Part shown: positions 1 to 12,462 of the stretch, piece after piece
How positions within the stretch are numbered: position 1 is the stretch's first letter
Layout: each line of letters starts with the position of its first letter
From: Candidatus Lindowbacteria bacterium RIFCSPLOWO2_12_FULL_62_27
GTDB lineage: Bacteria; Lindowbacteria; 2-12-FULL-62-27
Direction: 5' to 3'
DNA length: 64,000 nucleotides
NCBI GenBank assembly: GCA_001784175.1
Contig: MFPR01000020.1
Span: forward strand, 1-64,000
Program-made: the position numbers and the translations under genes
The notes under the pieces: generated by a model
Told to the model about the DNA's origin: nothing
Databases searched by the model: none
What the model saw: the letters and a program-made list of their open reading frames with translations, nothing else

Positions 1-3
1 TCG

Positions 4-1164
4 ATGGCGCTGGCCACCCGTTTGGCGATCGGGTTCGATCCGGAGACCCGAAAACAGACCCTGCAGGACATCCGCCGCCGGGCCGAATCCGTTTCTCCGG
101 CCGGTGGCCGGGCCGTCCGGCACTTTGTAATCCTGCCGGCCGCCCTGGCCGCGTTCACATTCATGGCCTACTGCCAGTTTCGCGTGTTCCAGGGCAACCG
201 GTCGCTCAAAAAAGCCTCGCCCGACGGGGGCCGATCCATTTCGTCCATTCCCCTCGGAAAGACGGTCCTGCAATCGAATCCTTACAACCCCGCGGCGGCC
301 TACGCACTGGCCTGCGCCTACCTCGAAAAAAACGAGCCGGGGAATGCGCTGGAGGCCTTTCGAGCGGTCATGCAACTGGCGCCGAATTACGCCTATACGC
401 ACCGGCTCATTGCTGCGAACTTAATGCGCCTGTATCTCACGACGAATCAGTTGAAGTATCTCTACGCGGCGTATCTTGAATTCGAGGGATTCACCGTCAT
501 GAACAACGACCATGAGCCGCACATGATGATCATTGAGGGGTATCGCATGTACATGAAGAATGGAGCGCGCGCGCACCATCATAACCAGTTCATCTTCTGG
601 TTGGCTCAGGAAGACTTGTTCTTCAACCTCCTGCGCTACTGGAACGGCTGGGCATGGGGATTCGGCCTGTATCCTGAAGATCTCCACGTGCAGACGTTAT
701 ACGACACTTACCTTCGAGACGGCGAAGCGGCCATGCACGATCACTGGAAGCTCCGGGTCGAGTTTGTACGGCTCAGCGGCCGGCCGTGGCAGGAGGTGCA
801 GTATGCGATCAAAATGGCATCGGCGTTGGCGCCCCGGAGGGCGCATGTCCTCCAGTATGTCCTGGGGGGCATCGTGAGGCTGAAGGATCCGGAGACCGAT
901 CTCCTCTATTTAATCAACATCCTCGAAGGCCTGCGCCCCGAACATCTGCCCGCCGACCTCTGCCACATCATGCGGGAACAACTGATCGGGGCCGCCGCCG
1001 GCCGGATCGATTCGCCCCTCCTCTATTACGCGCTGGGCGTCCTGTCCCACCGCGCGGGCGACCGGGACCATGCCGCCGGCTTTTTCGCCACGGCGCGCAA
1101 TCGTGCCGCCGGCGACGATTCCCATGTCCGGATCCTCCGGCGGATCAGCCGGTACGGATATTGA
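4..1164 (+). CDS. TPR-containing membrane-associated protein, probably 5'-truncated by the window edge
   Basis: One hydrophobic helix (FVILPAALAAFTFMAYC) followed by TPR-like motifs (NPYNPAAAYALACAYLEKNEPGNALEAFRAVMQLAPNY; SPLLYYALGVLSHRAGDRDHAAGFFATA). Confidence 0.55.
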   Translation: MALATRLAIGFDPETRKQTLQDIRRRAESVSPAGGRAVRHFVILPAALAAFTFMAYCQFRVFQGNRSLKKASPDGGRSISSIPLGKTVLQSNPYNPAAAYALACAYLEKNEPGNALEAFRAVMQLAPNYAYTHRLIAANLMRLYLTTNQLKYLYAAYLEFEGFTVMNNDHEPHMMIIEGYRMYMKNGARAHHHNQFIFWLAQEDLFFNLLRYWNGWAWGFGLYPEDLHVQTLYDTYLRDGEAAMHDHWKLRVEFVRLSGRPWQEVQYAIKMASALAPRRAHVLQYVLGGIVRLKDPETDLLYLINILEGLRPEHLPADLCHIMREQLIGAAAGRIDSPLLYYALGVLSHRAGDRDHAAGFFATARNRAAGDDSHVRILRRISRYGY

Positions 1165-1177
1165 GTTCATCTTTCCT

Positions 1178-3313
<2,136 letters not shown>

Positions 3314-3324
3314 GTCCCGTTAGA

Positions 3325-5796
3325 ATGCCCGCCGAAATTCAGCAGCGCGTCGAGGAGGCGTATCTAGAGGATCAGCTCAAGGTTTCCTACATCAACTATG
3401 CGATGAGCGTCATCGTCGGGCGCGCCCTGCCCGACGTCCGGGACGGCTTCAAGCCCGTCCACCGCCGGATCCTCTACGCCATGTACCACGATCTCAGCCT
3501 GCACCACAACAAGCGGTACTCGAAATGCGCCGGTGTGGTGGGCGAAGTTCTCAAGCGCTATCATCCGCATGGAGACTCGGCGGTGTACGACACGCTGGTC
3601 CGGCTGGCCCAGGAGTGGGTCATGCGGTATCCGCTGGTCGACGGTCAGGGAAATTTCGGGTCCATCGACGGAGATCCGCCGGCCGCCTACCGCTACACCG
3701 AGTGCCGGCTGGAGCAGATCGCGGACTATTATCTCAACGACATCGACAAGGAGACGGTCAATTTCGGCCCCAATTTCGACGACACGCTCCAGGAGCCCCT
3801 GATTCTCCCGACGCGCCTGCCCAACCTGCTCATCAACGGCTCCGCCGGCATCGCCGTCGGCATGGCCACCAACATTCCGCCGCACAACATGCGCGAGGTC
3901 ATCGACGCCGTCTGCGCCCAGATCGAGGCGCCGGACATCGACATGAAGGACCTCATGAAGCACGTCCGCGCGCCGGATTTTCCTACCGGCGGAATCATCT
4001 ACGGGTCGGAGGGCATTCAGGAAATGTATGAGACGGGCCGCGGCAAGATCACGGTCCGGGCCAAGGCTGTGATCGAGCGGCTCCGGAACGGCAAGGACGC
4101 CATCGTCATCACCGAAATGCCCTACCAGGTCGCGAAGACCCCCCTGATCGAAAAAATATCCGAACTCGTCCGGGAGGAGAAGTTGAAGGGCATTTCCGCA
4201 ATGCGGGACGAGTCCGACCGCGACGGGATCCGGCTGGTCATCGAGCTGAAAAAAGGCGAGCCGCCGCAGGTCGTGCTGAACAATCTATTCAAGCACACGC
4301 AGCTCCAGATCACTTACGGCGCGATCCTCCTGTGCCTCGTCCACAACCAGCCGCTCATCCTCAACCTCAAAAGGATCGTCCAGCATTTCATCGATTTCCG
4401 CAAGGACGTCGTCACCCGCCGGACGCAATTCGAGCTTCGCAAGGCCGAGGAGCGGGCGCACATCCTCGAAGGGCTGAAAATCGCGATCGCGCACATCAAC
4501 GAAGTCGTCAACATCATCAAGAAGTCAAAAGACACCGACGACGCGCGGAAGAAACTCACCCGGCGATTCAAGCTGACTGAAGTCCAGGCCCAGGCGATCC
4601 TCGACATGACCCTGAAACGCCTGACGGGCCTTGAGGTTGAAAAGATCGAGGACGAACTCAAGCAGCTCGAGGAGACCATCAAGGAACTCAAGTCGATCCT
4701 GGCGAGCGAAAAAAAGCTCATGGGAGTGATCACGGCTGAGCTGCAGGAACTGAAAAAGCTTTTCGGGGACGACCGCCGCACCGAGATCGTAAAAAAAGCC
4801 GAGGATTTTTCCGTCGAAGACCTGATCGCCGAGGAGGACGTCGTCGTGACGATTTCGCACGACAGCTACATCAAGCGTATCCCCGTTTCCAGTTACCGCC
4901 GCCAGCGCCGGGGCGGGCATGGCGTGACGGGCATGAAGACGAAGGACGAAGACGCCGTCGAGCATCTCTTCGTCGCGTCGACCCACAACTACATCCTGTT
5001 TTTCACGGACCAGGGAAAATGCCTCTGGCTGAAAGTTTACGACGTCCCCGAGGGCTCGCGGGCCAGCCGCGGCAAGGCGCTGACCAACTGCCTGGCGATC
5101 AGCGGCGACGAGCGAATCACGGCCTTTGTGCCGGTCAAGGAATTCACGGAAGGATCCTTTTTGTTCATGGTCACCCGCGACGGCACGATCAAACGGGTGG
5201 CGCTGCCGGAATTTTCGAATCCCCGGTCCGCCGGCATCCGGGCCATCACGCTGGACGAGAAGGACGCGCTGATCGGCGTCAAGATGACGTCAGGAAATTC
5301 CGAAATCATTCTTTCCACCCGAAACGGGACCGCCATCCGGTTCCATGAAAATGACGTCCGGGTCATGGGCCGGTCCGCCGGCGGTGTCCGCGGCATCCGG
5401 CTGGGCAAGGGAGACGCCGTGGTGTCCGCGTCCCTGGCCAACAAGGGCGCCGACCTTCTGACGGTGACCGAGAAGGGCTATGGAAAGCGCACGCCGCTGG
5501 AGGAATATCGGGTGCAATCCCGCGGCGGCAAGGGCATCATCAACATGAAGGCGACGGATCGGAACGGCAAAGTGATCGACGTACTCGAAGTGAGTGACAA
5601 AGACGAACTGTTGCTCATCACCAAAAAGGGCGTAGTCATGCGAATCCGCGTCAAGGAAGTCCGGGAGTGCGGCCGGAACACGCAGGGCGTCCGGCTCATC
5701 AATCTCGCCGCCGGCGATGCCCTGTCCGACGTCGCGCGGGTGGTTCAGGAGGAAGCGGGGGAATCCGAGGAAAGTCCGGAACCGGACAAGGCCTGA
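3325..5796 (+). CDS. gyrA: DNA gyrase subunit A
   Basis: [26 protein letters not shown], catalytic AAYRYTE, GyrA-box QRRGGHG and C-terminal pinwheel repeats. Confidence 0.97.
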   Translation: MPAEIQQRVEEAYLEDQLKVSYINYAMSVIVGRALPDVRDGFKPVHRRILYAMYHDLSLHHNKRYSKCAGVVGEVLKRYHPHGDSAVYDTLVRLAQEWVMRYPLVDGQGNFGSIDGDPPAAYRYTECRLEQIADYYLNDIDKETVNFGPNFDDTLQEPLILPTRLPNLLINGSAGIAVGMATNIPPHNMREVIDAVCAQIEAPDIDMKDLMKHVRAPDFPTGGIIYGSEGIQEMYETGRGKITVRAKAVIERLRNGKDAIVITEMPYQVAKTPLIEKISELVREEKLKGISAMRDESDRDGIRLVIELKKGEPPQVVLNNLFKHTQLQITYGAILLCLVHNQPLILNLKRIVQHFIDFRKDVVTRRTQFELRKAEERAHILEGLKIAIAHINEVVNIIKKSKDTDDARKKLTRRFKLTEVQAQAILDMTLKRLTGLEVEKIEDELKQLEETIKELKSILASEKKLMGVITAELQELKKLFGDDRRTEIVKKAEDFSVEDLIAEEDVVVTISHDSYIKRIPVSSYRRQRRGGHGVTGMKTKDEDAVEHLFVASTHNYILFFTDQGKCLWLKVYDVPEGSRASRGKALTNCLAISGDERITAFVPVKEFTEGSFLFMVTRDGTIKRVALPEFSNPRSAGIRAITLDEKDALIGVKMTSGNSEIILSTRNGTAIRFHENDVRVMGRSAGGVRGIRLGKGDAVVSASLANKGADLLTVTEKGYGKRTPLEEYRVQSRGGKGIINMKATDRNGKVIDVLEVSDKDELLLITKKGVVMRIRVKEVRECGRNTQGVRLINLAAGDALSDVARVVQEEAGESEESPEPDKA

Positions 5797-5802
5797 CCCC
5801 TC

Positions 5803-6876
5803 TCAAGTCGCCGAGAGATCCAGCTCCAGTTGGCTTTCGTCCGTCAGATAATTCCGGTCCGGCCGGACCCAGAAAAAGGGTTTGATCAGGGGAAGGCGTT
5901 TGAATCCCTGCATGTCGTTCAGGATCGTCTGCAAATAATCCCGCATGGATTTTGTCAATTCAGGCCGGCTTGGAAACGCCCCGTCCACGGCGGAGCCGGA
6001 CCCGCGGGCCGTTTTGTCGAACCAATCCTGCAGGAAGGACCGCGCCTGCAAATCGCGCGGAAGAATATTCTGATGAAATCGCGGATGCCGCTTGAGCCAC
6101 CGGAAGGCATGCGGATAGATGGCAGGGCTGCGACGCGGAAGGATGAGATGAATATTGAGTTCTGGCCGCGTATGGCCATCAACCCATTTGAGGAAATCCA
6201 AGAGTTCCGGCGTCTGAACCTTGACGCGCTTTCGGGCCCGATGGGCGGCGCGGAGGACTTTTGAAATAATCAGCGGATCGTCCGGCCCGGGTTCCGGCGG
6301 CGGTCCTTGGATCGCCGGCTGGACGGCAAGCGCCGAGGCCGGCTCCGAGGGCGCCGCCAGCAGCGCCACGGCGAAGACATCGTTGGACTCGATGTAGAGC
6401 CCGGCCAGATCGGTGTATTTCCGGTAAAACTCCGGATCATGCCGGAACTTGAACTCGGCGTCCGCCGGCTTGAGCCCGTGCCGTTTCCAGATGCGCTGAA
6501 TGGTGCTCCGGCTGACCCCCGTGAGTTTGGCCATGTTCCGGATGGACCAGCGTTTGGCGTTGGCCGGAAACTGTTTTTCTGTCGCCTCGATGATTTTCCG
6601 TATCTCGTCCTCGCCGTGCCTCGGTTTCTTGATTTTTTTGTCGTCTGAAATCTCCGCCAACCCGCCGCTCAGAAAACGGTTTCGCCAGTACAGCACTGTC
6701 GAGGCCGACACGCCCAGCCGGGACGCGACATTGGCCGTCGAATGGCCGGAGGCCGACAGGAGGATAATCCAAGCACGAATGATGAAACGCAGCGGAACCC
6801 CGGGCCGATCGACCCAGGATTCCAGCGCCTTGCGGTCCTTCGCCGTCAAGGCGATGGTTCCCTTCCCCACTCTCAT
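5803..6876 (-). CDS. IS630-family transposase-derived protein, apparently catalytically inactive
   Basis: Two HTH regions (RAWIILLSASG...VASRLGVS; WSIRNMAKLTGVSRSTIQRIWKRHGLKP), FKFRHDPEF...GLY, WLKRHPRF and KPFFW are colinear with IS630 transposases; the DDE positions are substituted. Confidence 0.8.
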   Translation of the reverse strand: MRVGKGTIALTAKDRKALESWVDRPGVPLRFIIRAWIILLSASGHSTANVASRLGVSASTVLYWRNRFLSGGLAEISDDKKIKKPRHGEDEIRKIIEATEKQFPANAKRWSIRNMAKLTGVSRSTIQRIWKRHGLKPADAEFKFRHDPEFYRKYTDLAGLYIESNDVFAVALLAAPSEPASALAVQPAIQGPPPEPGPDDPLIISKVLRAAHRARKRVKVQTPELLDFLKWVDGHTRPELNIHLILPRRSPAIYPHAFRWLKRHPRFHQNILPRDLQARSFLQDWFDKTARGSGSAVDGAFPSRPELTKSMRDYLQTILNDMQGFKRLPLIKPFFWVRPDRNYLTDESQLELDLSAT

Positions 6877-6927
6877 GTGAATTTCAATATCTTATGGTTT
6901 AATAAAAAAAAAGAGGAATTTTGGGGT

Positions 6928-7767
6928 ATGGAAAATCTGGCCGATCAATTGAAGCCGGGCGTCTTTTTGAGCACCGGTCACCGAGGAGCGGCGAGTCTGG
7001 CTCCCGAGAACACGATGGCATCCATCCGGAAAGCGCTCGACCTCGGCGTGGACCTCGTCGAACTTGACGTCCGCGCGACCGCGGACGGGCGGATCGTCGC
7101 CCTTCACGATGAAACCGTCGACCGGACCACGGATGGAAGAGGCGACATCAGCCGCATGCCGTATGAGGCCGTCCTGGAACTGGATGCGGGGTACCGGTTC
7201 GCATCGCCGGCGTTTCCGTTCCGCGGCCGGGGCGTCCGGATCCCGCTGCTGGAAGAAATTTTCGAGGCGTTTCCGGCGGCGCGGTTCACCGTCGAAATAA
7301 AATCCCCGACCCATCCCGGGTTCCTCGAAACGCTCGCGGCGATGGTCCTCCGGCAGGCGAAAGATCGTGTGATTCTGGCCTCCGATCCCATGCGGCCTCT
7401 CGAACAGATCCGGCGACGGCTCCCGGGCGTGCCGACCAATTTATCGAGGCCGGAAGTCCGCCAGTTTTATTGCATGGAAAAAATTTTCCTGAGCCGGCTG
7501 TTTCGATCCACAGGCATCGTCTTCCAGGTTCCCGTCTATTCAGGCGGAGACAATCGCCGGGGCCTCCACGTGGTCACGCGCAGATTTGTGCGTGCCGCGC
7601 ACAATACGGGCCGGCCGGTCCAGGTCTGGACGGTCAACGACCCTGACGAAATGCGGCGGCTCCTGGCGCTCGATGTGGACGGACTTGTAACCGACCGGCC
7701 GGACCTGCTCAACGAGGTGCTGCGGGAAAGTCCGCCCCGGCGCGTTGACAGGGTTGTATGGTTTTAA
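6928..7767 (+). CDS. glycerophosphodiester phosphodiesterase (GDPD family)
   Basis: GHRGAASLAPENT, ELDVRATADG, HDETVDRTT, WTVND and DGLVTDRP motifs. Confidence 0.92.
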   Translation: MENLADQLKPGVFLSTGHRGAASLAPENTMASIRKALDLGVDLVELDVRATADGRIVALHDETVDRTTDGRGDISRMPYEAVLELDAGYRFASPAFPFRGRGVRIPLLEEIFEAFPAARFTVEIKSPTHPGFLETLAAMVLRQAKDRVILASDPMRPLEQIRRRLPGVPTNLSRPEVRQFYCMEKIFLSRLFRSTGIVFQVPVYSGGDNRRGLHVVTRRFVRAAHNTGRPVQVWTVNDPDEMRRLLALDVDGLVTDRPDLLNEVLRESPPRRVDRVVWF

Positions 7768-7789
7768 TAGAGTCCGCAATAGAAGGAGG
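7745..7789 (+). promoter_or_regulatory. sigma70-type promoter and RBS for the ferredoxin-moaDE genes
   Basis: TTGACA (7745-7750), 17 bp spacer, TAGAGT (7768-7773); AGAAGGAGG at 7781-7789. Confidence 0.6.
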
Positions 7790-7798
7790 CTGGGACGG

Positions 7799-8041
7799 GT
7801 GGCGGACAAAGGCAAAAAACACGAAGGCAACGCAGGCGGCAAATTTTATGTGGATACCGAATGCATCGACTGTGATCTGTGCCGGGAAACGGCGCCGGCG
7901 AACTTCAAGCGAAACGATGACGGGGGATATTCATTCGTATTCAAGCAGCCCGAGACGTCCGAGCAAATCGATCAGTGCCGGGAGGCCATGGAGGGCTGCC
8001 CCGTGGAGGCGATCGGGCAGGACGGAGAAGAGCAGGCCTGA
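7799..8041 (+). CDS. ferredoxin (single cluster)
   Basis: FYVDTECIDCDLC...AP...CPVEAI; GTG start after a strong SD sequence. Confidence 0.88.
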   Translation: MADKGKKHEGNAGGKFYVDTECIDCDLCRETAPANFKRNDDGGYSFVFKQPETSEQIDQCREAMEGCPVEAIGQDGEEQA

Positions 8042-8050
8042 TCGGATTTC

Positions 8051-8797
8051 ATGAAAATCAAAGTCTTGTTGTTCGCCGCCGCGCGCGATATCGCCGGCCA
8101 AACCGAAATCTGTATGGACCTGCCCATTGGATCCACCCTGACGGACGTGCAAACGCGGCTGAAAACAGAGTACCCCGCCCTCTCGCAACTTCTTGCGGTG
8201 TGCCGTTATGCCGTGAACGCCGACTATCAGCCATCAGACGTGAGACTGCCGGACGGGGCCGAGGTCGGCGTGATTCCGCCGGTGTCGGGCGGGTCGGCGC
8301 CGAGCGAGGCACCGCTGTACGCGCGTATTGTGCGACGTTCCATCGCCGTGCAGGAACTGGCCGACAAGATCGGCGGGCCTGGCTGCGGCGCCCTCCTCAC
8401 GTTCGCCGGAGCGGTGCGCGCCGACGACGACGAGCAGGGGCGCGCCCAAGTGACCCACATCACCTATGAGGGATACGAATCGATGGCGGAGCAAGTTCTC
8501 CGGCAGATCGCCGAATCCGTCGCGCGGGCGCATCAAGTGCGCGTGGCGATCGAGCATCGCCTCGGGCGGCTGGAAGTGGGGGAGGTATCGGTCGGCGTTG
8601 CCGTCGCATGTCCGCACCGTTCTCAGGGATTTTCGGCGCTGAGGGACGCGATCGAGAAAATCAAGAAAGACCTTCCGATCTGGAAAAAAGAGGAGTTCTC
8701 CGACGGCACGTCACTGTGGGTCCATGGCCAGGTCGAATCGCACCCCCAGCCCGAGCGCCCGCCCCTTGATTCCGGGGCCGAAACTGCCGATACATAG
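8051..8797 (+). CDS. fused molybdopterin synthase MoaD-MoaE (MoaX-like)
   Basis: MoaD part MKIKVLLFA...VIPPVSGG fused to MoaE part (GALLTFAGAVR, YEGY, HRLGRL, PHR, IKKDLPIWKKE). Confidence 0.9.
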   Translation: MKIKVLLFAAARDIAGQTEICMDLPIGSTLTDVQTRLKTEYPALSQLLAVCRYAVNADYQPSDVRLPDGAEVGVIPPVSGGSAPSEAPLYARIVRRSIAVQELADKIGGPGCGALLTFAGAVRADDDEQGRAQVTHITYEGYESMAEQVLRQIAESVARAHQVRVAIEHRLGRLEVGEVSVGVAVACPHRSQGFSALRDAIEKIKKDLPIWKKEEFSDGTSLWVHGQVESHPQPERPPLDSGAETADT

Positions 8798-8802
8798 GGC
8801 AG

Positions 8803-9801
8803 ATGGAAATCGTATGCAATGGCCAGTCGATCAAGGAACCGGAGCTTGAGCAGACACGCTCATTTTCGCAGCTCATGACGGAACTGCACCGCCTCCTGAG
8901 CCTTCGCGAGGAGATCATCACGGACGTGCACGCAGACGGGCGGGAGATCGCGTCGTGGGACACGGTCGATCTGGATGTAACGCGGATCGCCCGGCTGGAC
9001 ATTGCGACGCTGCCGATGAGGGACTATGCGATCTCCAGTCTGGGAGACTTGGGCGAGTACGCCAGCAGCGTTTTGTCCGTCCTCCGAAACATGGAAACGA
9101 TCTGCCGCAAGGACGGATTCGATCCTGTCCGGCGGCGGCTTGAAGAGGGCCTGGACTACATCCTGACCATCATCGAAACGTCCGGCAGCGTCCTGAAACT
9201 GAATCTGGCGCAGGCCCGGTATGACGTCCGGAGCGGCGAGCAGATGTTGAAGGAAATGCGTTCGCTCAGGACGCAGATCGCCGCCGCGCATGACCTCCAG
9301 TCCGCCCGGCATCTCATCGAAGACCTGGACTTCGCGCTGACTGACTGGCTGAAATTTCTCGAGCTGCTCCTCACGCGATACCGGGACCGGGAAGCCGAGG
9401 TCGGAACGGTGGACGCCATCCAGGTGCAGGCGAAGGCCCGCCTGGAGGGGCTGGACCGGCTCCAGGCGGACCTCCTCTCGATCGTGGATGACCTGTATGC
9501 CGGCCGGATCGCGCGGTCGCTGGAACATTTCCAGGACCGTATTTCGGCGCTGCAGGAATCGCTGGTGTTCTTACAGCGGCTGAAGGAATTCGGGAAAATC
9601 CAGTACGACCAGCTCTCGGTCAACGGCGAGAAACTGAGCGGCAAGATTTCCCAGATGGCCCGGATTCTCAGGGAACTTTCGGAAACCATCCAGGTCGGCG
9701 ACACGGTCCTCATGCGCGACCTGCTAGAATACGAGATTCAACCGTTTATCCAGTTTCTCAGACAGATCTACACGCAGATTTGTTCCTCCGAAGACTCCTG
9801 A
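8803..9801 (+). CDS. hypothetical helical protein with an apparent internal duplication
   Basis: Long ORF between moaDE and argS with host-like codon use; ends in GDTVLMRDLLEYEIQPFI. Confidence 0.7.
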   Translation: MEIVCNGQSIKEPELEQTRSFSQLMTELHRLLSLREEIITDVHADGREIASWDTVDLDVTRIARLDIATLPMRDYAISSLGDLGEYASSVLSVLRNMETICRKDGFDPVRRRLEEGLDYILTIIETSGSVLKLNLAQARYDVRSGEQMLKEMRSLRTQIAAAHDLQSARHLIEDLDFALTDWLKFLELLLTRYRDREAEVGTVDAIQVQAKARLEGLDRLQADLLSIVDDLYAGRIARSLEHFQDRISALQESLVFLQRLKEFGKIQYDQLSVNGEKLSGKISQMARILRELSETIQVGDTVLMRDLLEYEIQPFIQFLRQIYTQICSSEDS

Positions 9802-11417
9802 AATTCGAGCTGGCCCGGATTGTTCGGGACCAGTTCGGCCCGGACCAGCCCGAAGTTGAAATCACGCTGCCGCGGGACCCCGCGCATGGAGACTACGCTA
9901 CCAACTTTCCGCTGAAGGCCTCGAAGGCGCAACGGACGGCGCCGATCGCCCTCGCCGAAACAATCGCCGGGCGGCTCCAGACACACGCCTGGTTTTCGCA
10001 GGTCAGCGCCGCCAAACCGGGATTCGTCAATCTCTTTCTGTCGCAGGCATATCTTGCGGAAGGGATCGAAACCCTGGCCCGCGACGAGCCGTTCTTCTCC
10101 CATTATCAGGTCACGCCCGCCCTGAACGTCAACGTCGAGTTCGTCTCCGCCAATCCCACCGGGCCCCTCACGGTCGGCCACGGCCGCAACGCTTGCCTCG
10201 GCGACAGCCTCGCGAGACTTCTCAGAGCCGTCGGACACCGCATGACCGCCGAGTACTATTTCAACAACGCCGGCCGGCAGATGAAACTGCTCGCCAATTC
10301 GCTCCGCGCCCGGTACCTGGAGTTGATCGGCCGGCCTGTGGAGTTTCCGGAGGAAGGATATGTCGGCCAATACATCGTGGACATCGCCCGAACGATCCGT
10401 GAGCGGGAGGCGGACCGGAAGGCGGACGCCGGCCAATCGTTTTTCCAAGCGGAGGCCGAGCAGAGCATTTTCTCGATCATTCGCGGGACGCTGGACCGGC
10501 TGGACGTAACCTTTGACGTCTATTTCAACGAGGACAGCCTGTACAAAACCGGCGCGGTCCAGGCCGTGCTGAGTGAGCTGAAAACCCGCGGATGGACCTT
10601 CGAAACGGACGGCGCCGTTGCGTTTCGCGGAGAGCCGCACGGCCTGTCCAAGGATCCGGTGCTGGTGAAAAAGACCGGTGAGCCGACCTACCGCCTGCCC
10701 GATGTCGCCTATCACATCGACAAGCTGGGCCGGCGGTACGACCTCATCATCGACGTCCTCGGCGCGGACCACATCGATGAGCACCGCGAGGTCCTCGCGA
10801 TCCTCAAGGCCCTGGGGCATCCCACCGGACCCATTCGCGGCATCATCTACCAGTTCGTCACGCTCGTCCGGGAGGGCAAACCGGTCAAGATGTCGACGCG
10901 CCGGGCCGAGTACGTGACCCTGGACGAGCTTTTGGACGAAGTCGGCCCGGACGTGGCGCGGTTCTTTTTTCTATCGCGGAAGGCCGACACCCATCTGGAA
11001 TTCGATCTGGAGCTGGCCAAAAAAGAGTCGCAGGAAAATCCCGTGTACTACGTCCAGTACGCCCACGCGCGGCTGGCCGGCATTTTCCGCACCGCCACCG
11101 AAAACGGCTTGACGGCGGCCGATATTCAGCAGGCCCGTGTGGACCTCCGGCCGCCGGAAGCGGTCGTGCTCGCGAAAAAAATCCTGTCGTTCGGGGACGT
11201 ACTGGAAGGCAGCCTGAATGATCTCGAGGTGACGGCCCTTCTCTGGTATCTGAGGGACCTGGCGGAAACATTTCACAAATATTACACGGAAGTTCGTGTG
11301 GTCGACCCCGGAGACCGCCCCGGAAGCCTCGGCCGGCTCAAGCTCTGCGGCGTCGTCAAAAAAATCCTTTACAGCACCCTCACCACGCTCGGAATCGGCG
11401 CGCCCGACCGGATGTAA
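9780..11417 (+). CDS. argS: arginine--tRNA ligase
   Basis: HGDYATN, EFVSANPTGPLTVGHGR, GADH, KMSTR and NPVYYVQYAHAR motifs; start codon uncertain. Confidence 0.95.
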   Translation: MFLRRLLKFELARIVRDQFGPDQPEVEITLPRDPAHGDYATNFPLKASKAQRTAPIALAETIAGRLQTHAWFSQVSAAKPGFVNLFLSQAYLAEGIETLARDEPFFSHYQVTPALNVNVEFVSANPTGPLTVGHGRNACLGDSLARLLRAVGHRMTAEYYFNNAGRQMKLLANSLRARYLELIGRPVEFPEEGYVGQYIVDIARTIREREADRKADAGQSFFQAEAEQSIFSIIRGTLDRLDVTFDVYFNEDSLYKTGAVQAVLSELKTRGWTFETDGAVAFRGEPHGLSKDPVLVKKTGEPTYRLPDVAYHIDKLGRRYDLIIDVLGADHIDEHREVLAILKALGHPTGPIRGIIYQFVTLVREGKPVKMSTRRAEYVTLDELLDEVGPDVARFFFLSRKADTHLEFDLELAKKESQENPVYYVQYAHARLAGIFRTATENGLTAADIQQARVDLRPPEAVVLAKKILSFGDVLEGSLNDLEVTALLWYLRDLAETFHKYYTEVRVVDPGDRPGSLGRLKLCGVVKKILYSTLTTLGIGAPDRM

Positions 11418-11430
11418 GGCGGCGACGCCG

Positions 11431-12462
11431 TCAGCGTTCCATATTAATAACGCAGCGGAGCGCCGTGCCCTTCACCATGAGATCGATCGCGTCGTTGATC
11501 TCATCCAGCGAAAACTCGTGCGAGATCATCCCATCAAGGGAAAACCGGCCCGAGCGCTGGAGCCGGATCAGCCGGGGGATTTCGTAGGAGGGATTGGAAC
11601 TGCCGCCGTAGGACGGCACGAGCTTTTTGCCGAAATGCAGCGGCGTCGTATCGAGCGCCATCCGGTCACCGGCCTTCGTCACGCCGACCAGCACCGTTCG
11701 GCCGGTCGCGCTGGTCAGATCGTAGGCGAGTTCCTTGATGGGATTGGCGCCGATCGTCTCCACGACCACGTCGGCGCCGGTGGGAAAGAGGCTTTCGAGA
11801 CGCTTGCGCGCGTCCTCCTTCGAGGCGTCGATCACGTGGGTCGCGCCGTACTCCAGAGCTTTTTTCAGCTTCACTTCCTGCAGGTCGACGGCGACGATCG
11901 GATGGGCCGACACGAGAGACGCGGCGAGGATCACCGAAAGACCCACGCCGCCCGACCCGTAGACCACGATCGACTCGCCCGTCTTCATGCGCGCCTCGTT
12001 CTGGACGATTCCGAAACCCGTTGTCAGCGCGCACCCGTACAGGACCGCCGACTTCAGGTTGAGGTCGGCCGGGACCGGCGTCACGCGGTTTTCGGAAACG
12101 ATGGCCATTTCGTTGAAGGTCGTGACCCACCCGGCGTTCAGCCGGTTTCCCTTCCACTGATACCGCGGCGTGTCCGACTGGATCCCCTCTCCTTTGCGCC
12201 AGTGCAGCACGACGCGGTCACCCGCTTTGACGGCCTTCACACCCGGCCCGCAGGCTTGCACGACGCCACCGCCTTCGTGACCCAACAGGTGCGGCAAAAA
12301 CTTGTCGGGTCCCTTGAGCCCGCGCATCTCGTTGACCTGCGATCCACAGATTCCCGTATAATGAATCTTGACCAGAACCTGCCCGTGGAGGAGGTCGGCC
12401 GGCATCTGAACTTCGTCCACCACCAGCGGCTTTCTTTGCTCGACCATGATCGCCGCCTTCAT
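11431..12462 (-). CDS. zinc-binding alcohol dehydrogenase (MDR family)
   Basis: GICGSQ, LLGHEGGG, YGCALTTG and GSGGVG motifs. Confidence 0.9.
   Translation of the reverse strand: MKAAIMVEQRKPLVVDEVQMPADLLHGQVLVKIHYTGICGSQVNEMRGLKGPDKFLPHLLGHEGGGVVQACGPGVKAVKAGDRVVLHWRKGEGIQSDTPRYQWKGNRLNAGWVTTFNEMAIVSENRVTPVPADLNLKSAVLYGCALTTGFGIVQNEARMKTGESIVVYGSGGVGLSVILAASLVSAHPIVAVDLQEVKLKKALEYGATHVIDASKEDARKRLESLFPTGADVVVETIGANPIKELAYDLTSATGRTVLVGVTKAGDRMALDTTPLHFGKKLVPSYGGSSNPSYEIPRLIRLQRSGRFSLDGMISHEFSLDEINDAIDLMVKGTALRCVINMER

Noticed and set aside
5797-6927. Active IS630 element
   Set aside because: No terminal inverted repeats or DDE residues are visible; reported instead as a derived gene.
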